The notes under the pieces were generated by a model, which did not search any database, was not told where the DNA came from, and worked only from the letters and a program-made list of their open reading frames with translations. From contig JBQTGV010000148.1 of assembly GCA_052390515.1 (NCBI GenBank), forward strand, positions 1 through 32,318: a stretch of 32,318 nt of DNA. Direction: 5' to 3'. The position numbers and the translations under genes are program-made. Source of the DNA: Candidatus Eiseniibacteriota bacterium (GTDB taxonomy: Bacteria; ARS69). Below are positions 1 through 9,803 of the stretch, piece by piece. Numbering within the stretch: the first letter of the stretch is position 1; each line of letters begins with the position of its first letter.

Positions 1-342
1 GGTCAGCGTGCCGGCCAGGGCGATGATGTAGATGGCCACGCTGGCGAAGTACTTGCCGAGGACGATGTGCGCGGGCCGCATGGGCAGCGTCATGAGCAGC
101 TCGAACGTGCCCTGCCGCTGGTCCTCCGACCACAGCCGCATGGTCAGCGCCGGGGCGAAGAGCAGGAGGAAGAGCGGCAGCGTCCCGAAGAAGTCGCGCA
201 TGTCCGCGACCCCGGCCAGGAAGAAGCCGTTCGTGTAGAAGACCGTGGTCAGGACCAGGAACACGATGATGAAGATGTAGGCGATGGGCGAGTTGAAATA
301 GGCGCCCATCTCCCGCCGGAAGATCACGCCGATGTCACGCAA
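1..342 (-). CDS. ABC-2 type transporter permease, GldF-like (3' end runs off the window)
   Basis: Manual translation from TTG at 342: MRDIGVIFRREMGAYFNSPIAYIFIIVFLVL...FAPALTMRLWSEDQRQGTFELLMTLP...VLGKY, the typical GldF-like pattern. GGAGG upstream; start overlaps the ATPase stop. Not in the ORF track. Confidence 0.88.
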   Translation of the reverse strand, partial: MRDIGVIFRREMGAYFNSPIAYIFIIVFLVLTTVFYTNGFFLAGVADMRDFFGTLPLFLLLFAPALTMRLWSEDQRQGTFELLMTLPMRPAHIVLGKYFASVAIYIIALAGTLT

Positions 343-1273
343 CGTCCGACCTCCGTCCGGTGAGTGCGATGAAGGCCTCTTCCAAGGTGGGCTGCTCGGC
401 GTGCAGCTCCAGCACGTCCCACCCTCGGGCACGGGCCAGCTGGTTGATGTCGCGCCGGACATCCCGGTCCAGCGGGCTCTCCACCACGACCACGCCGCCG
501 TCCGTGCCGGCCGCCTCGACGCGCGTGACCCCGGAGATGGAGCGAAGGGCGTCCGCGGCCTCCGTTCCGTTCGCCCCGATGCGCACGCGGAAGCGGTTCG
601 CCGACATGGCCTGGCGCCTCAGGTCGTCGATGCGGCCGTCGGCGACGATCTGCCCCTCGTTGATGATGACGATGCGGTTGGTCACCGCGCTGACTTCCGC
701 GAGGATGTGCGTGGAGAAGATGATCGTCTTCGTCTCCGCCAGCTGCTTGATGAGGCTGCGGATCCCGACGATCTGGCGCGGATCGAGACCGGAGGTGGGC
801 TCGTCGAGGATCAGCACGTGCGGATCGTGCACGAGGGCCTGGGCCAGCCCGACGCGCTGCCGGTAACCCTTGGAGAGCTCGTTCACGTTCTTGTACAGCA
901 CGGAGCGGATGCCGGTCTGCTCGTGAACCCAGTCGAGCCGGTTCCGCAGCCGATCCCCTTCGAGGCCCCTGGCCCGCGCCACGAATTCGAGGTACGAGGA
1001 CACGCGCATGTCGTCGTACAGCGGGGCCGTTTCGGGCAGGTAGCCGATGCGCTGCCGGACGGCCAGCGGGTCGGCGGCCACGTCGATGCCGTCCACCGTC
1101 ACCCGCCCCTCGTCCGCGGACAGATACGTGGTGATGATCTTCATCGCGGTGCTCTTGCCCGCGCCGTTCGGTCCGAGGAACCCGAGCACCTGGTTCTCCT
1201 CCACCGAGAAGCTGACGCCGTTCACCGCGACCGTAGTCCCGTAAGACTTGGACACGCCTTGCACTTGTATCAT
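335..1273 (-). CDS. ABC transporter ATP-binding protein, GldA-like
   Basis: Walker A GPNGAGKS, signature LSKGYRQR, Walker B LILDEPTSGLDP, H-loop STH, C-terminal TLEEAFIALT. Start set at MIQVQGVSK. Confidence 0.93.
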   Translation of the reverse strand: MIQVQGVSKSYGTTVAVNGVSFSVEENQVLGFLGPNGAGKSTAMKIITTYLSADEGRVTVDGIDVAADPLAVRQRIGYLPETAPLYDDMRVSSYLEFVARARGLEGDRLRNRLDWVHEQTGIRSVLYKNVNELSKGYRQRVGLAQALVHDPHVLILDEPTSGLDPRQIVGIRSLIKQLAETKTIIFSTHILAEVSAVTNRIVIINEGQIVADGRIDDLRRQAMSANRFRVRIGANGTEAADALRSISGVTRVEAAGTDGGVVVVESPLDRDVRRDINQLARARGWDVLELHAEQPTLEEAFIALTGRRSDVA

Positions 1274-1427
1274 CGCGACAATCCTGACACGCTCGAGCGA
1301 CCGAGTTCGGGGAATGCGGAGTCGTAAAACCGGGCGAAAATCGTAGCGCATTCTACACGATCGTCCAGTGCAAAGTTCCGGAGCCGGGTACCTTGAACGG
1401 GCGCCCGGACGGGCCGGCCACGGCCGG

Positions 1428-1457
1428 TTGACGGGCTCCCGGTCCGCTCCCTAGTCT
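1428..1457 (+). promoter_or_regulatory. Putative sigma70 promoter for the Ubl/propeller cluster
   Basis: TTGACG-N18-TAGTCT ending 27 nt before the ATG at 1485. Confidence 0.45.
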
Positions 1458-1484
1458 CGGGTCCCTTTCCCGGTCGGGGGACGA

Positions 1485-1757
1485 ATGCCGCGCGTCCGCT
1501 TCACCCGCCACCTGCTGCTGCATTTCCCGGATCTCCGGGAGGGTCGGGTGGCTGGGTCGACGCTGTCGGAGGTGGTCGGAGAGCTCGAGAGAAGGCACCC
1601 CGGTCTCGCCGGCTACCTCGTCGACGACCGCGGGGCGCTGCGCAAGCACGTCAACATCTTCGTCAACGACGAGCTGCTCCGGGATCGCGCGGGGCTCTCG
1701 GATCCGGTGGGCGAGGCGGACCAAGTCTTCATCATGCAGGCGCTGTCCGGGGGATGA
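1485..1757 (+). CDS. MoaD/ThiS family ubiquitin-like protein
   Basis: 90 aa with beta-grasp pattern HVNIFVN...[10 protein letters not shown] and a free C-terminal Gly-Gly. Confidence 0.92.
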   Translation: MPRVRFTRHLLLHFPDLREGRVAGSTLSEVVGELERRHPGLAGYLVDDRGALRKHVNIFVNDELLRDRAGLSDPVGEADQVFIMQALSGG

Positions 1758-1792
1758 CCGGGCCGAGCCTCGGCGAATCGAGCGAGGAATCC

Positions 1793-2902
1793 ATGGTGAA
1801 CGCGGCGAAACGGCTGATCGTGGGCACCCGCAAGGGACTGTTGATCCTGAACGGCGGACGGGGCGGCTGGAAGATCGCCGACTACGCACTCGCCGCGGCG
1901 CCGGTGCCGTACGCGTTCGTGGACGCGCGCACCGGGACCATGTGGGCCAGCCTGGATCACGGTCACTGGGGGGCGAAGCTCAAGCGTTCCACGGACGGCG
2001 GCACGACCTGGGAGGAGATCGAGGCGCCGAAGTACCCCAAGAGCGCGCGCATCAAGCCGTGGACGCTGGGCGGCAAGAAGGTGCCGGCGACGCTCACGTA
2101 CATCTGGGTCATCGCGCCGGGCGGAGAGGATCAGCCGGAGCGCATCTACCTGGGCACGGAGCCGGGGGGCCTGTTCCGCAGCGACGACGGCGGCGCGACG
2201 TTCCACCTCGTCACCGGGCTGTGGAACCACCCCTCGCGTCTCGAGAAGTGGTTCGGCGGCGGCCGGGACAACGCCGGCATCCACTCCGTCCTCGTCGACC
2301 CGCGCGACAGCCGGCGGGTCCTGGTCGGCATCAGCTGCGCGGGGGTGTTCGAGACCACCGACGACGGCAAGACCTGGGCTCCGCGGAACCAGGGGCTGCA
2401 CGCCGAGTTCCTTCCCGATCCCAAGGCCGAGGTGGGACAGGATCCGCACTTCGTCGACGCGAGTCCCGCTCACCCCGATCACCTGTGGATGCAGAACCAC
2501 TGCGGGATCTATCGCTCGACGAACGGGGCGAAGACCTGGCAGCGTGTCTCGAAGAAGGGCGAGGTGGCCCACTTCGGGTTCGCGGTGGCGGTCGACGAGG
2601 CGGAACCCCGGACCGCCTGGGTCGTGCCGGCCGTCTCCGACACGCACCGCACCGCGCTCGAGGGAGCGCTCTGCGTGTGTCGCACGACGGACGGAGGGAA
2701 GACGTGGCGCGCGCTCCGCAAGGGCCTGCCGCAGAAGCACGCCTTCGACGTCACCTTCCGGCACGCGCTGGACAACGCGAACGGCACGATCGCGTTCGGC
2801 ACGACGACCGGGAACCTGTATCTGTCCGAGGACCGCGGCGAGTCCTGGAGCTGCCTGGGGACCAATCTGCCGCCGATCTATTCGGTTCGCTTCGCGCCGT
2901 GA
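1793..2902 (+). CDS. BNR/Asp-box repeat beta-propeller protein (sialidase-like fold)
   Basis: Six Asp-box motifs ([48 protein letters not shown]); no signal peptide. ATG 1793 follows GAGGA; alternative start 1754 overlaps the Ubl stop (ATGA). Confidence 0.88.
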   Translation: MVNAAKRLIVGTRKGLLILNGGRGGWKIADYALAAAPVPYAFVDARTGTMWASLDHGHWGAKLKRSTDGGTTWEEIEAPKYPKSARIKPWTLGGKKVPATLTYIWVIAPGGEDQPERIYLGTEPGGLFRSDDGGATFHLVTGLWNHPSRLEKWFGGGRDNAGIHSVLVDPRDSRRVLVGISCAGVFETTDDGKTWAPRNQGLHAEFLPDPKAEVGQDPHFVDASPAHPDHLWMQNHCGIYRSTNGAKTWQRVSKKGEVAHFGFAVAVDEAEPRTAWVVPAVSDTHRTALEGALCVCRTTDGGKTWRALRKGLPQKHAFDVTFRHALDNANGTIAFGTTTGNLYLSEDRGESWSCLGTNLPPIYSVRFAP

Positions 2903-5076
2903 TCCGCGCGCTCGCCCTCGCGATCGTCGCGGCGGGCTGCGGCGGAGGAATGCCGGAAGAGGAGACGCCCGCCGTGACGCAAGCCGCGGGGCGCAACCGC
3001 CTGGCCCGGGAGACGAGCCCTTACCTGCTGCAGCACGCCGACAATCCCGTGGACTGGTATCCGTGGGGGGCGGAGGCCCTGGCCCGGGCGCGCGCTGAGG
3101 ACAAGCCGATCCTCGTGTCGATCGGCTACTCCTCCTGCCACTGGTGTCACGTGATGGAGCACGAGTGCTTCGAGAGCGAGGAGATCGCGCGGATCATGAA
3201 CGAGCTCTTCGTCTGCGTGAAGGTGGACCGCGAGGAGCGTCCCGACGTCGACGAGATCTACATGACCGCGGTGCAGCTCATGGGGGTCGGTGGCGGCTGG
3301 CCGCTCAACGTGTTCCTGACCCCCGACGGCCGGCCCTTCTTCGGCGGGACGTACTTCCCGCCGGACGATCGCTTCGGACGGCCCGGCTGGCCCTCCATCC
3401 TGCACCGCGTGTCGGAGGTGTGGCGCGAGCGGCGCGCGGAGCTCGACGAGCAGGCCGCGCAGCTCGTCGCGGCGATCGACAGCACGTCCCGGTTCCCAAC
3501 CGGGGACGCGGTTCCCGAGGCGCGGCTGCTGGAGGTCGCGCGGGATGCGCTGGCCGATGCCTTCGACGAGGTCCACGGCGGATTCGGGGGCGCTCCCAAG
3601 TTCCCGCCTTCGCAGAGCCTGCAGCTCCTCCTTCGCCGGCACCTCCGCACCGGGTCCGCCGAGGACCTGCACATGGTCGACCGCACGCTGCGCGCCATGG
3701 CCCAGGGCGGGATCCACGACCAGCTCGGCGGCGGGTTCCACCGCTACGCGACCGACGAGCGGTGGCTCGTGCCGCACTTCGAGAAGATGCTCTACGACAA
3801 CGCGCAGCTCGCGCGCGTGTACGTGGAGGCGTGGCAGGTGACCTCCGACGAGGCGCATGCCCGGATCGCGCGGGAGACGCTGGACTACGTGCTCCGCGAG
3901 ATGACCGATCCGTCGGGCGGCTTCCGTTCGGCCACCGACGCGGACAGCGAGGGCCGCGAGGGTGTCTACTTCGTGTGGCGTCGCGCCGAGATCGAGCAGC
4001 TCCTCGGCGAGGAGGCCGCGCTCTTCTGTCGCGCGTACGGCGTGACCGAGGACGGCAACTTCGAGGACATGCACCATCCGCGCATGCCCGGCGAGCAGGG
4101 CATGAACGTATTGTACCTGCCTCTCCCGCTCGAGGAGGTCGCCGCCCGCGAACGCATGAGCGTGCGCGATCTCGACACCCGCCTCGCCGCAGGCCGAGCG
4201 CTGCTCTTTCGCCACCGGCAGAAGCGCGTCTATCCCGGCCTCGACGACAAGGTGATCGCTTCCTGGAACGGTCTCATGATCGGGACCTTCGCCTACGCGG
4301 GGCGAGCGCTGGACGAACCCCGCTACCTCGAGGCGGCCGCCCGCGCCGCGGACTTCGTCCTGCGCGAGATGCGCTCGCCGGAAGGGACGCTGCTGCGTAC
4401 CTGGAGGCGGGGAGAGGCGAAGATCCCCGCGTTCCTGGAGGACCACGCGTTTCTGGCCTCGGCGCTGCTCGATCTGTACGAGGCGACCTTCGAGACGCGG
4501 TGGCTCGTCGAGGCTCGTGCACTCGCCGCGGAGATGAACCGCCTCTTCGCGGACGAGAGCGAGGGGGGGTGGCGCCACACCGCAGCGGGAGACGGGACCC
4601 TCGTGGCGAGCGTCAAGAGCCCGGCGGACGGCTCCATCCCGGGCGGCAACGGCGTCGCCGCCCAGGTCATGCTGCGTCTCGCCCTGCTCGCCGGGGACGA
4701 GGATGCCGCCTCCCGGGCGGAGCGCGCGCTGCGCCAGTTCGCCTCGCCCATGGAGCGCTTCCCGGGGGGAACCATCGGGCTCCTCCTCGCGCTCGATCTG
4801 CTGATCCACGAGGACGGGGAGGTCGCGTTCGTCGGATCGCCCGCCGACGCCTCGACCCGCGCGCTGGTGCGCGCTGCGCAACGCGCTTTCCTTCCGGGAA
4901 CGGCGTTCGCGCTGCTCGATCCGGCCGCGCCGGCCGAAGCGGAGCGGATGATCCCGCTCCTCCAGGGGAAGACGCTGGTGGACGGGCGGCCCGCGGCGTA
5001 CGTCTGTCGCAATTACGCGTGCCGGGCTCCGGTCACCACCGAGGAGGCGCTCTTGGCCGCGCTGGCGGAGCTGTGA
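2899..5076 (+). CDS. YyaL/SPATA20-like thioredoxin-domain protein (DUF255 plus helical barrel), possibly a lipoprotein
   Basis: [75 protein letters not shown] start overlaps the upstream TGA. Confidence 0.92.
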   Translation: MIRALALAIVAAGCGGGMPEEETPAVTQAAGRNRLARETSPYLLQHADNPVDWYPWGAEALARARAEDKPILVSIGYSSCHWCHVMEHECFESEEIARIMNELFVCVKVDREERPDVDEIYMTAVQLMGVGGGWPLNVFLTPDGRPFFGGTYFPPDDRFGRPGWPSILHRVSEVWRERRAELDEQAAQLVAAIDSTSRFPTGDAVPEARLLEVARDALADAFDEVHGGFGGAPKFPPSQSLQLLLRRHLRTGSAEDLHMVDRTLRAMAQGGIHDQLGGGFHRYATDERWLVPHFEKMLYDNAQLARVYVEAWQVTSDEAHARIARETLDYVLREMTDPSGGFRSATDADSEGREGVYFVWRRAEIEQLLGEEAALFCRAYGVTEDGNFEDMHHPRMPGEQGMNVLYLPLPLEEVAARERMSVRDLDTRLAAGRALLFRHRQKRVYPGLDDKVIASWNGLMIGTFAYAGRALDEPRYLEAAARAADFVLREMRSPEGTLLRTWRRGEAKIPAFLEDHAFLASALLDLYEATFETRWLVEARALAAEMNRLFADESEGGWRHTAAGDGTLVASVKSPADGSIPGGNGVAAQVMLRLALLAGDEDAASRAERALRQFASPMERFPGGTIGLLLALDLLIHEDGEVAFVGSPADASTRALVRAAQRAFLPGTAFALLDPAAPAEAERMIPLLQGKTLVDGRPAAYVCRNYACRAPVTTEEALLAALAEL

Positions 5077-7166
5077 CGTTGCTCGGCGCGCTCGTGGTGA
5101 CGCTCGCGGTCGCTGCTCCCGTCCTGCGCCACGAGGTGCGGGCGACTCTCGACGTTCCCGCGCATCGTCTGGACGCTACCGACGTGGTGCGGTTCGCCGC
5201 TCCGGCGCACGGCGAGCCTGTCCGCTTCCTCCTCAACGAGAGTCTCGAAGTCCGCCGCATCGTGGCGGAGCCCGGGGGAGAGCCGATCGACTGGCGGGCG
5301 TCGGACGGGTGGGACCCGCGACACTTCTGGTCGAGGCCGCCCTACGACGAGCTGCAGGCGTTCGAGCCGGCGCGGGAGGTGGAGGTGCCGCCGCCCGCCT
5401 CGGGCTGGAGCGGCGGCGTCGTGACCCTCACCGTCGAGTACGGCGGCGTCGTGGCGGACAGCCTGCACGAGCCCGAGGAGTCGTACGGGCGAAGCTTCGA
5501 GACGACGTCGGGACGGATCGTCGATCAGGGCGCTTACCTCGGCGGCGGGACGTTCTGGGTTCCCTGGTCCGGCGACGCGCTCTTCGCGTTCGACCTCGCC
5601 GTCGAGAGCCCACCCGACTGGAGGGTCGTCTCCCAGGGAGAGCTGCACTCGGACACCGTGGAGGGAGGACGCCGGCGGGCGCGCTGGATCTGTTCCGAGC
5701 CTGCCGCGGAGATCTGGATGATCGCCGGGCCGTACGAGCTCCGGGAGCGCGAGCATCGCGGGGTACGCGTCATGGCGTACACGTACGGCACGACGCCGGC
5801 CGAGACCGTGGAGCCGTACCTCGCCTCCACCGGTCCGATCCTCGACCGCTTCGCCGCGCTCTTCGGCGACTACCCGTACTCGAAGTTCGCGCTGGTCGAG
5901 AACTACTGGCAGACGGGGTTCGGCATGCCCAGCTTCACGCTGCTCGGAGATCGCGTGATCCGGCTGCCGTTCATCGTGGACACGAGCTACCCGCACGAGA
6001 TCCTGCACAACTGGTGGGGCAACGGCGTGTACGTGCCTCGTGGCGAGGGGAACTGGTGCGAGGGGCTCACCACGTACTGCGCGGACTACGCCGCCAAGGA
6101 GCGGGAGGGCGAAGCGGTCGCGCGGGACTATCGCCGCTCGACGCTGCAGGGCTACCGCGACTTCGCGGCGGCGGGAGGGAAGGACTTCCCGCTGCGCGGC
6201 TTCCGCGAGCGGGACAACGCGGCGACGCAGGCGGTGGGTTACGGCAAGACGCTCATGGTCTTCCACATGCTGCGCCGCAGCGCCGGAGACGAGCGCTTCT
6301 TCGCCGCGCTGCGGACCTTCTGGACGCGACACCGCTTCCGCTACGCGGGATGGAACGACCTGCGCGCGGCGTTCGAGGAGCAGCTCGACGCGGATCTCGC
6401 TCCGTTCTTCGGGCAGTGGGTGGACCGGGCCGGCGCGCCGGTTCTTCGCCTGGACCGTGCCGCGTCGGTGCCGGACGGAGTGGCGCTCTTCCGCGTGACC
6501 GGCGCCGTCCTCCAGTCCGAGCCGACCTTCGCGCTCTCCGTGCCGGTCGTCGTCCAGGGGGAGCGGGAGCGGCTCGGTATCGACGTCGAATGTGGCGGGC
6601 CCGAGACGGAGTTCGAGGTGGCCGTCCCGTTCGTGCCGTGGCGGGTCGCCGTCGATCCGGACTTCGAGACCTTCCGCATACTGCATGCCGAGGAGGTGCC
6701 GCCGGCGCTCTCCGGGATCCTGGGTGCGGCACGCACGCGGATCGTGCTGGGTGCGGATGCCGTCGGTGAGGTGCGCGAGGCGCTCGTCGCAGTGGCGGCG
6801 GACTGGGCGCGGGACTCCACCTTCACGGTGGTGGAGGAGCGGGCCGGCGAGCCGCTCGGCGAGTTCGACGGCGGGACGTGGTTCCTCGGGGAGGGCGAGG
6901 CCGCGCGACGTCTCGGGGGGCGGCTCGCGCAGGTGGAGCGTGCCGCGGGCACGTCGATCGTCGCCGCGGACCGGGTGACGGCTGCCGGTCGGGCGGCGGC
7001 GCCGGCCGGGTTCTTCCTGCCGGGGTCGGCGGACGCGGTAGCCGCCGTCGCCCGGAAGACGCCGCACTACTCGAAGTACAGCTGGCTCGTGTTCGAGGGA
7101 GACCGCAACGTGGGCAAGGGTCTGTGGGAAGCCGAGGCGTCGCCTCTGACGGTGGACTTGAAGTGA
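5073..7166 (+). CDS. M1 family zinc aminopeptidase, exported
   Basis: [10 protein letters not shown] with downstream NWCEGLTTY (HEXXH-18-E), GFGMPS at the GAMEN position, GYGK catalytic Tyr region, N-terminal signal peptide, GTGA overlap. Confidence 0.9.
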   Translation: MTLLGALVVTLAVAAPVLRHEVRATLDVPAHRLDATDVVRFAAPAHGEPVRFLLNESLEVRRIVAEPGGEPIDWRASDGWDPRHFWSRPPYDELQAFEPAREVEVPPPASGWSGGVVTLTVEYGGVVADSLHEPEESYGRSFETTSGRIVDQGAYLGGGTFWVPWSGDALFAFDLAVESPPDWRVVSQGELHSDTVEGGRRRARWICSEPAAEIWMIAGPYELREREHRGVRVMAYTYGTTPAETVEPYLASTGPILDRFAALFGDYPYSKFALVENYWQTGFGMPSFTLLGDRVIRLPFIVDTSYPHEILHNWWGNGVYVPRGEGNWCEGLTTYCADYAAKEREGEAVARDYRRSTLQGYRDFAAAGGKDFPLRGFRERDNAATQAVGYGKTLMVFHMLRRSAGDERFFAALRTFWTRHRFRYAGWNDLRAAFEEQLDADLAPFFGQWVDRAGAPVLRLDRAASVPDGVALFRVTGAVLQSEPTFALSVPVVVQGERERLGIDVECGGPETEFEVAVPFVPWRVAVDPDFETFRILHAEEVPPALSGILGAARTRIVLGADAVGEVREALVAVAADWARDSTFTVVEERAGEPLGEFDGGTWFLGEGEAARRLGGRLAQVERAAGTSIVAADRVTAAGRAAAPAGFFLPGSADAVAAVARKTPHYSKYSWLVFEGDRNVGKGLWEAEASPLTVDLK

Positions 7167-8359
7167 ACCTCGCAACTCACTGCTTTGCTGTGCTTTGCCT
7201 TGCGGCGACGTCCGCGGCATCGCCCTCCTCCGAGGAGATGGTCGGTGCGCTCGCCGGGGACGGGATGCGTGGGCGTGGCGCCGGGACCGCCGAACTCGAC
7301 TCCGCCGGCGCGCTCGTTCAGGAGTGGCTCGAAGCCGCCGGGGCGAAGCCGGCAGCGGCCGGGTCCTGGCGACAAGCGTTCGATGGGCCTTCGGGGACCC
7401 GGCTCTTCAACGTGATCGGGCGCATCCCCGGCCAGGGCGACGAATGGATCGTGGTCGGGGCGCACTACGACGGCCTCGGCGTCGGCCTCCCCGGCACGGA
7501 CCACGCGGGCGAGATCTTCAACGGCGCCGACGACAACGCCGCGGGGGTCGCCGCGCTCGTGCTGGCCGCGAGGCGCATCGCCGCGGCGGGGGAGCTGGCC
7601 CGCAGCGTCCTGGTCGTCGCCTTCTCCGGAGAGGAGAGCGGGCTGCTCGGCTCGAAGGCCTTCGTCGCCGCGCCGCCTGCGCCCCTGGAAGACTGCCGCG
7701 CGATGATCAACCTCGACACCGTCGGCCGGATCGAGGACCGGCGCGTCGTCGTCTTCGGAACCGCGACCGCCGAGGAGTTTCCGCAGATGCTGGAGGGCGT
7801 GAACTTCGCGTTCGGGTTCGACCTCGCGTTCCACGGCGAAGGTCTTCCGGCGTCCGACCACGCACCGTTCCTCGAGTCGGGGATTCCCGTCCTGCACTTC
7901 TTCTCCGGCGCGAAACCGGAATATCACCGCCCCGGCGACGATCTCCACCTGCTCGACCTCGGGGGAGTCGACCGGCTGGCGGAGCTCATCGCCGAGCTGG
8001 CCGTCCACCTCGCCGCGGACGAGACGCCGCTCACGTTCCGGCCGCCCGGCGTCGAGCGCGTGGCGGCGCCGGCCCCCGGCGCTTCGCCGCGGCGAGTCTC
8101 CTTCGGCTCGATCCCCGACTTCGCGCAGGAGAAGGGCGGCGTGCTGCTCTCCGGAGTGATGCCGGGGAGCCCCGCCGAGGAGGCCGGCCTCGGGAAGGGC
8201 GACGTCCTGGTGGAGCTGGGCGGGGCGCCGATCGACACCATCGAGGACTTCCAGGCGGTGCTCGCGGCCCGCGAGCCGGGGGACGTCGTGGTCGTGAAGT
8301 ACCGGCGAGGCGACGAGCTGCTCGAGGCGAAGGTCACGCTGCGGGAGCGGAGCCGCTAG
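7163..8359 (+). CDS. M28 family metallopeptidase with C-terminal PDZ domain, exported
   Basis: GAHYD, GADDNAAG, SGEESG, NLDTVGR, SDH and YHRPGD ligand motifs; PDZ (FGSIPD...GSPAEEAGLGKGDVLV); signal peptide; GTGA overlap. Confidence 0.92.
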   Translation: MNLATHCFAVLCLAATSAASPSSEEMVGALAGDGMRGRGAGTAELDSAGALVQEWLEAAGAKPAAAGSWRQAFDGPSGTRLFNVIGRIPGQGDEWIVVGAHYDGLGVGLPGTDHAGEIFNGADDNAAGVAALVLAARRIAAAGELARSVLVVAFSGEESGLLGSKAFVAAPPAPLEDCRAMINLDTVGRIEDRRVVVFGTATAEEFPQMLEGVNFAFGFDLAFHGEGLPASDHAPFLESGIPVLHFFSGAKPEYHRPGDDLHLLDLGGVDRLAELIAELAVHLAADETPLTFRPPGVERVAAPAPGASPRRVSFGSIPDFAQEKGGVLLSGVMPGSPAEEAGLGKGDVLVELGGAPIDTIEDFQAVLAAREPGDVVVVKYRRGDELLEAKVTLRERSR

Positions 8360-8434
8360 CGTTCAGTCTCGAAAGAGAGCATCAGATGGCCGAGCGTCGT
8401 AGCCGCCGTGACCGGAGCCACGGACGGCGGATCA

Positions 8435-9694
8435 CTAGGAGGACGCCGCCGAGCGCAGCCGCTCGGCGACCTCGCCCATATCCTGCGGGCGGTCGTCGGG
8501 GTCCTTGGCCAGCATCTCCATGACGAGGTCCTCCATCTCGGCGGGGACCTCCGCGCCGCGCTCGCTCGGGCGCTGCGGCGTCTCGTTCACGTGGCGCGCC
8601 AGGACGGCGACGGCTTCGCCCTCGAACGGCGGGGTTCCGGTGAGCATCTCCCAGAGCGTCACGCCCAGCGAGTACACGTCCGAGCGTTCGTCCGCGGCGC
8701 CTCCGGCGGCCTGCTCCGGGCTCATGTAGCGCGGCGAACCGATGACCGCGCCGGTCATGGTCGCGCCGGAGCTGGCCAGACGCGCGACCCCGAAGTCGGC
8801 GAGCTTGGGCACGCCGGCGTCGGTGAGCAGCACGTTCGCCGGCTTCACGTCGCGGTGGACGATGCCCTGCTCGTGGGCGAAATGCAGCGCCTCCGCGACC
8901 GGGGCCGCGATCCGCGAGGCGTCGGCGCCTTCCAGTCGGCCCTCCGAGCGGATGCGCGCCGACAGGTCTCCGCCCTCGATGAGCTCCATCACCATCCAGA
9001 TGCGGTCGCCGCGCTCGACGAGATCGTAGACCTGCACGACGTTGGGATGAACCAGCCGTGCGAGAGAGCGGGCCTCGGCGCGGAACCGACGAACCGCGTC
9101 CTCGTCCGCGGTGAGCGCGAGAGGCAGCTCCTTGAGCGCCACCGGCCTGTCCAGCACGCGGTCGACGGCGCGCCAGACCGTGCCCATTCCGCCGCGCGCG
9201 AGCTGCTCCTCGAGATCGTAGCGGTCGCCGACTTCGCCTCGGGTCACGCGCGGCTCGCGAATCGTCTCGTCGTCCCGGCGTGCGGCACTCCGGGCGGTCG
9301 TGCCCGGGGGCGCGGGCACCTGCAGCCAGAAGGCGAAGAGCACGAAGCACGTGCCGCCGGCCCAGAAGAGCGCCGTGGCTTGCCGGCGCCTCTCCTCGCG
9401 CAGCGGATTCGCCGCACGGTCCCGGCGGGGGAGGAATCCGAGGATCTTCTTCTCCGCGACCACGTCCGGATAGAGCCGGGGGATCGTCTCGTCGAGCAGC
9501 TTCGGCAGCGCGAGCAGGAGGAACGCCGCCGTCCCGATCAGGCAGAGGTGACCCAGCCACGCCGCGGCGATCCAGCGGAGCAGGCGCGCGCGGTCGCGCA
9601 GGAGCCCGGGAAAGAGGTCGGCCGAGCGCCGGCAGCGCCGGAGGGTGGCGCGGGCCAGCGAGCCCACGAGGTCCAGGACGCGAGCCGGCAGCAT
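8435..9694 (-). CDS. Hanks-type Ser/Thr protein kinase with N-terminal transmembrane segments
   Basis: ARGGMGTVW, VALK, HRDVKPANV, DFG, GSPRYMSPEQ, DVYSLG. Start uncertain (ATG 9694 or GTG 9736). Confidence 0.9.
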   Translation of the reverse strand: MLPARVLDLVGSLARATLRRCRRSADLFPGLLRDRARLLRWIAAAWLGHLCLIGTAAFLLLALPKLLDETIPRLYPDVVAEKKILGFLPRRDRAANPLREERRRQATALFWAGGTCFVLFAFWLQVPAPPGTTARSAARRDDETIREPRVTRGEVGDRYDLEEQLARGGMGTVWRAVDRVLDRPVALKELPLALTADEDAVRRFRAEARSLARLVHPNVVQVYDLVERGDRIWMVMELIEGGDLSARIRSEGRLEGADASRIAAPVAEALHFAHEQGIVHRDVKPANVLLTDAGVPKLADFGVARLASSGATMTGAVIGSPRYMSPEQAAGGAADERSDVYSLGVTLWEMLTGTPPFEGEAVAVLARHVNETPQRPSERGAEVPAEMEDLVMEMLAKDPDDRPQDMGEVAERLRSAASS

Positions 9695-9803
9695 GCAGAT
9701 ACCCCTGGGCGGCGGTGGTTCCAGGGTTTTCGGCACTCCGGGGCTCGGCGGTTAGGGGCGCGGGTCCTGGCTGGCCGGGCCGGCTTCGGATAAGGTCCGG
9801 CCC

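Noticed and set aside
1485-2902. Bacterial ubiquitination anti-phage system or molybdopterin operon
   Set aside because: No E1, E2, JAB, MoaE or other Moco genes in the window, and no defence-island context.
1942-7166. Apparent giant proteins of 1044 aa (1942-5076) and 1340 aa (3144-7166)
   Set aside because: Their N-terminal parts are off-frame read-through of upstream genes; the real starts are the overlapping GTGs at 2899 and 5073.
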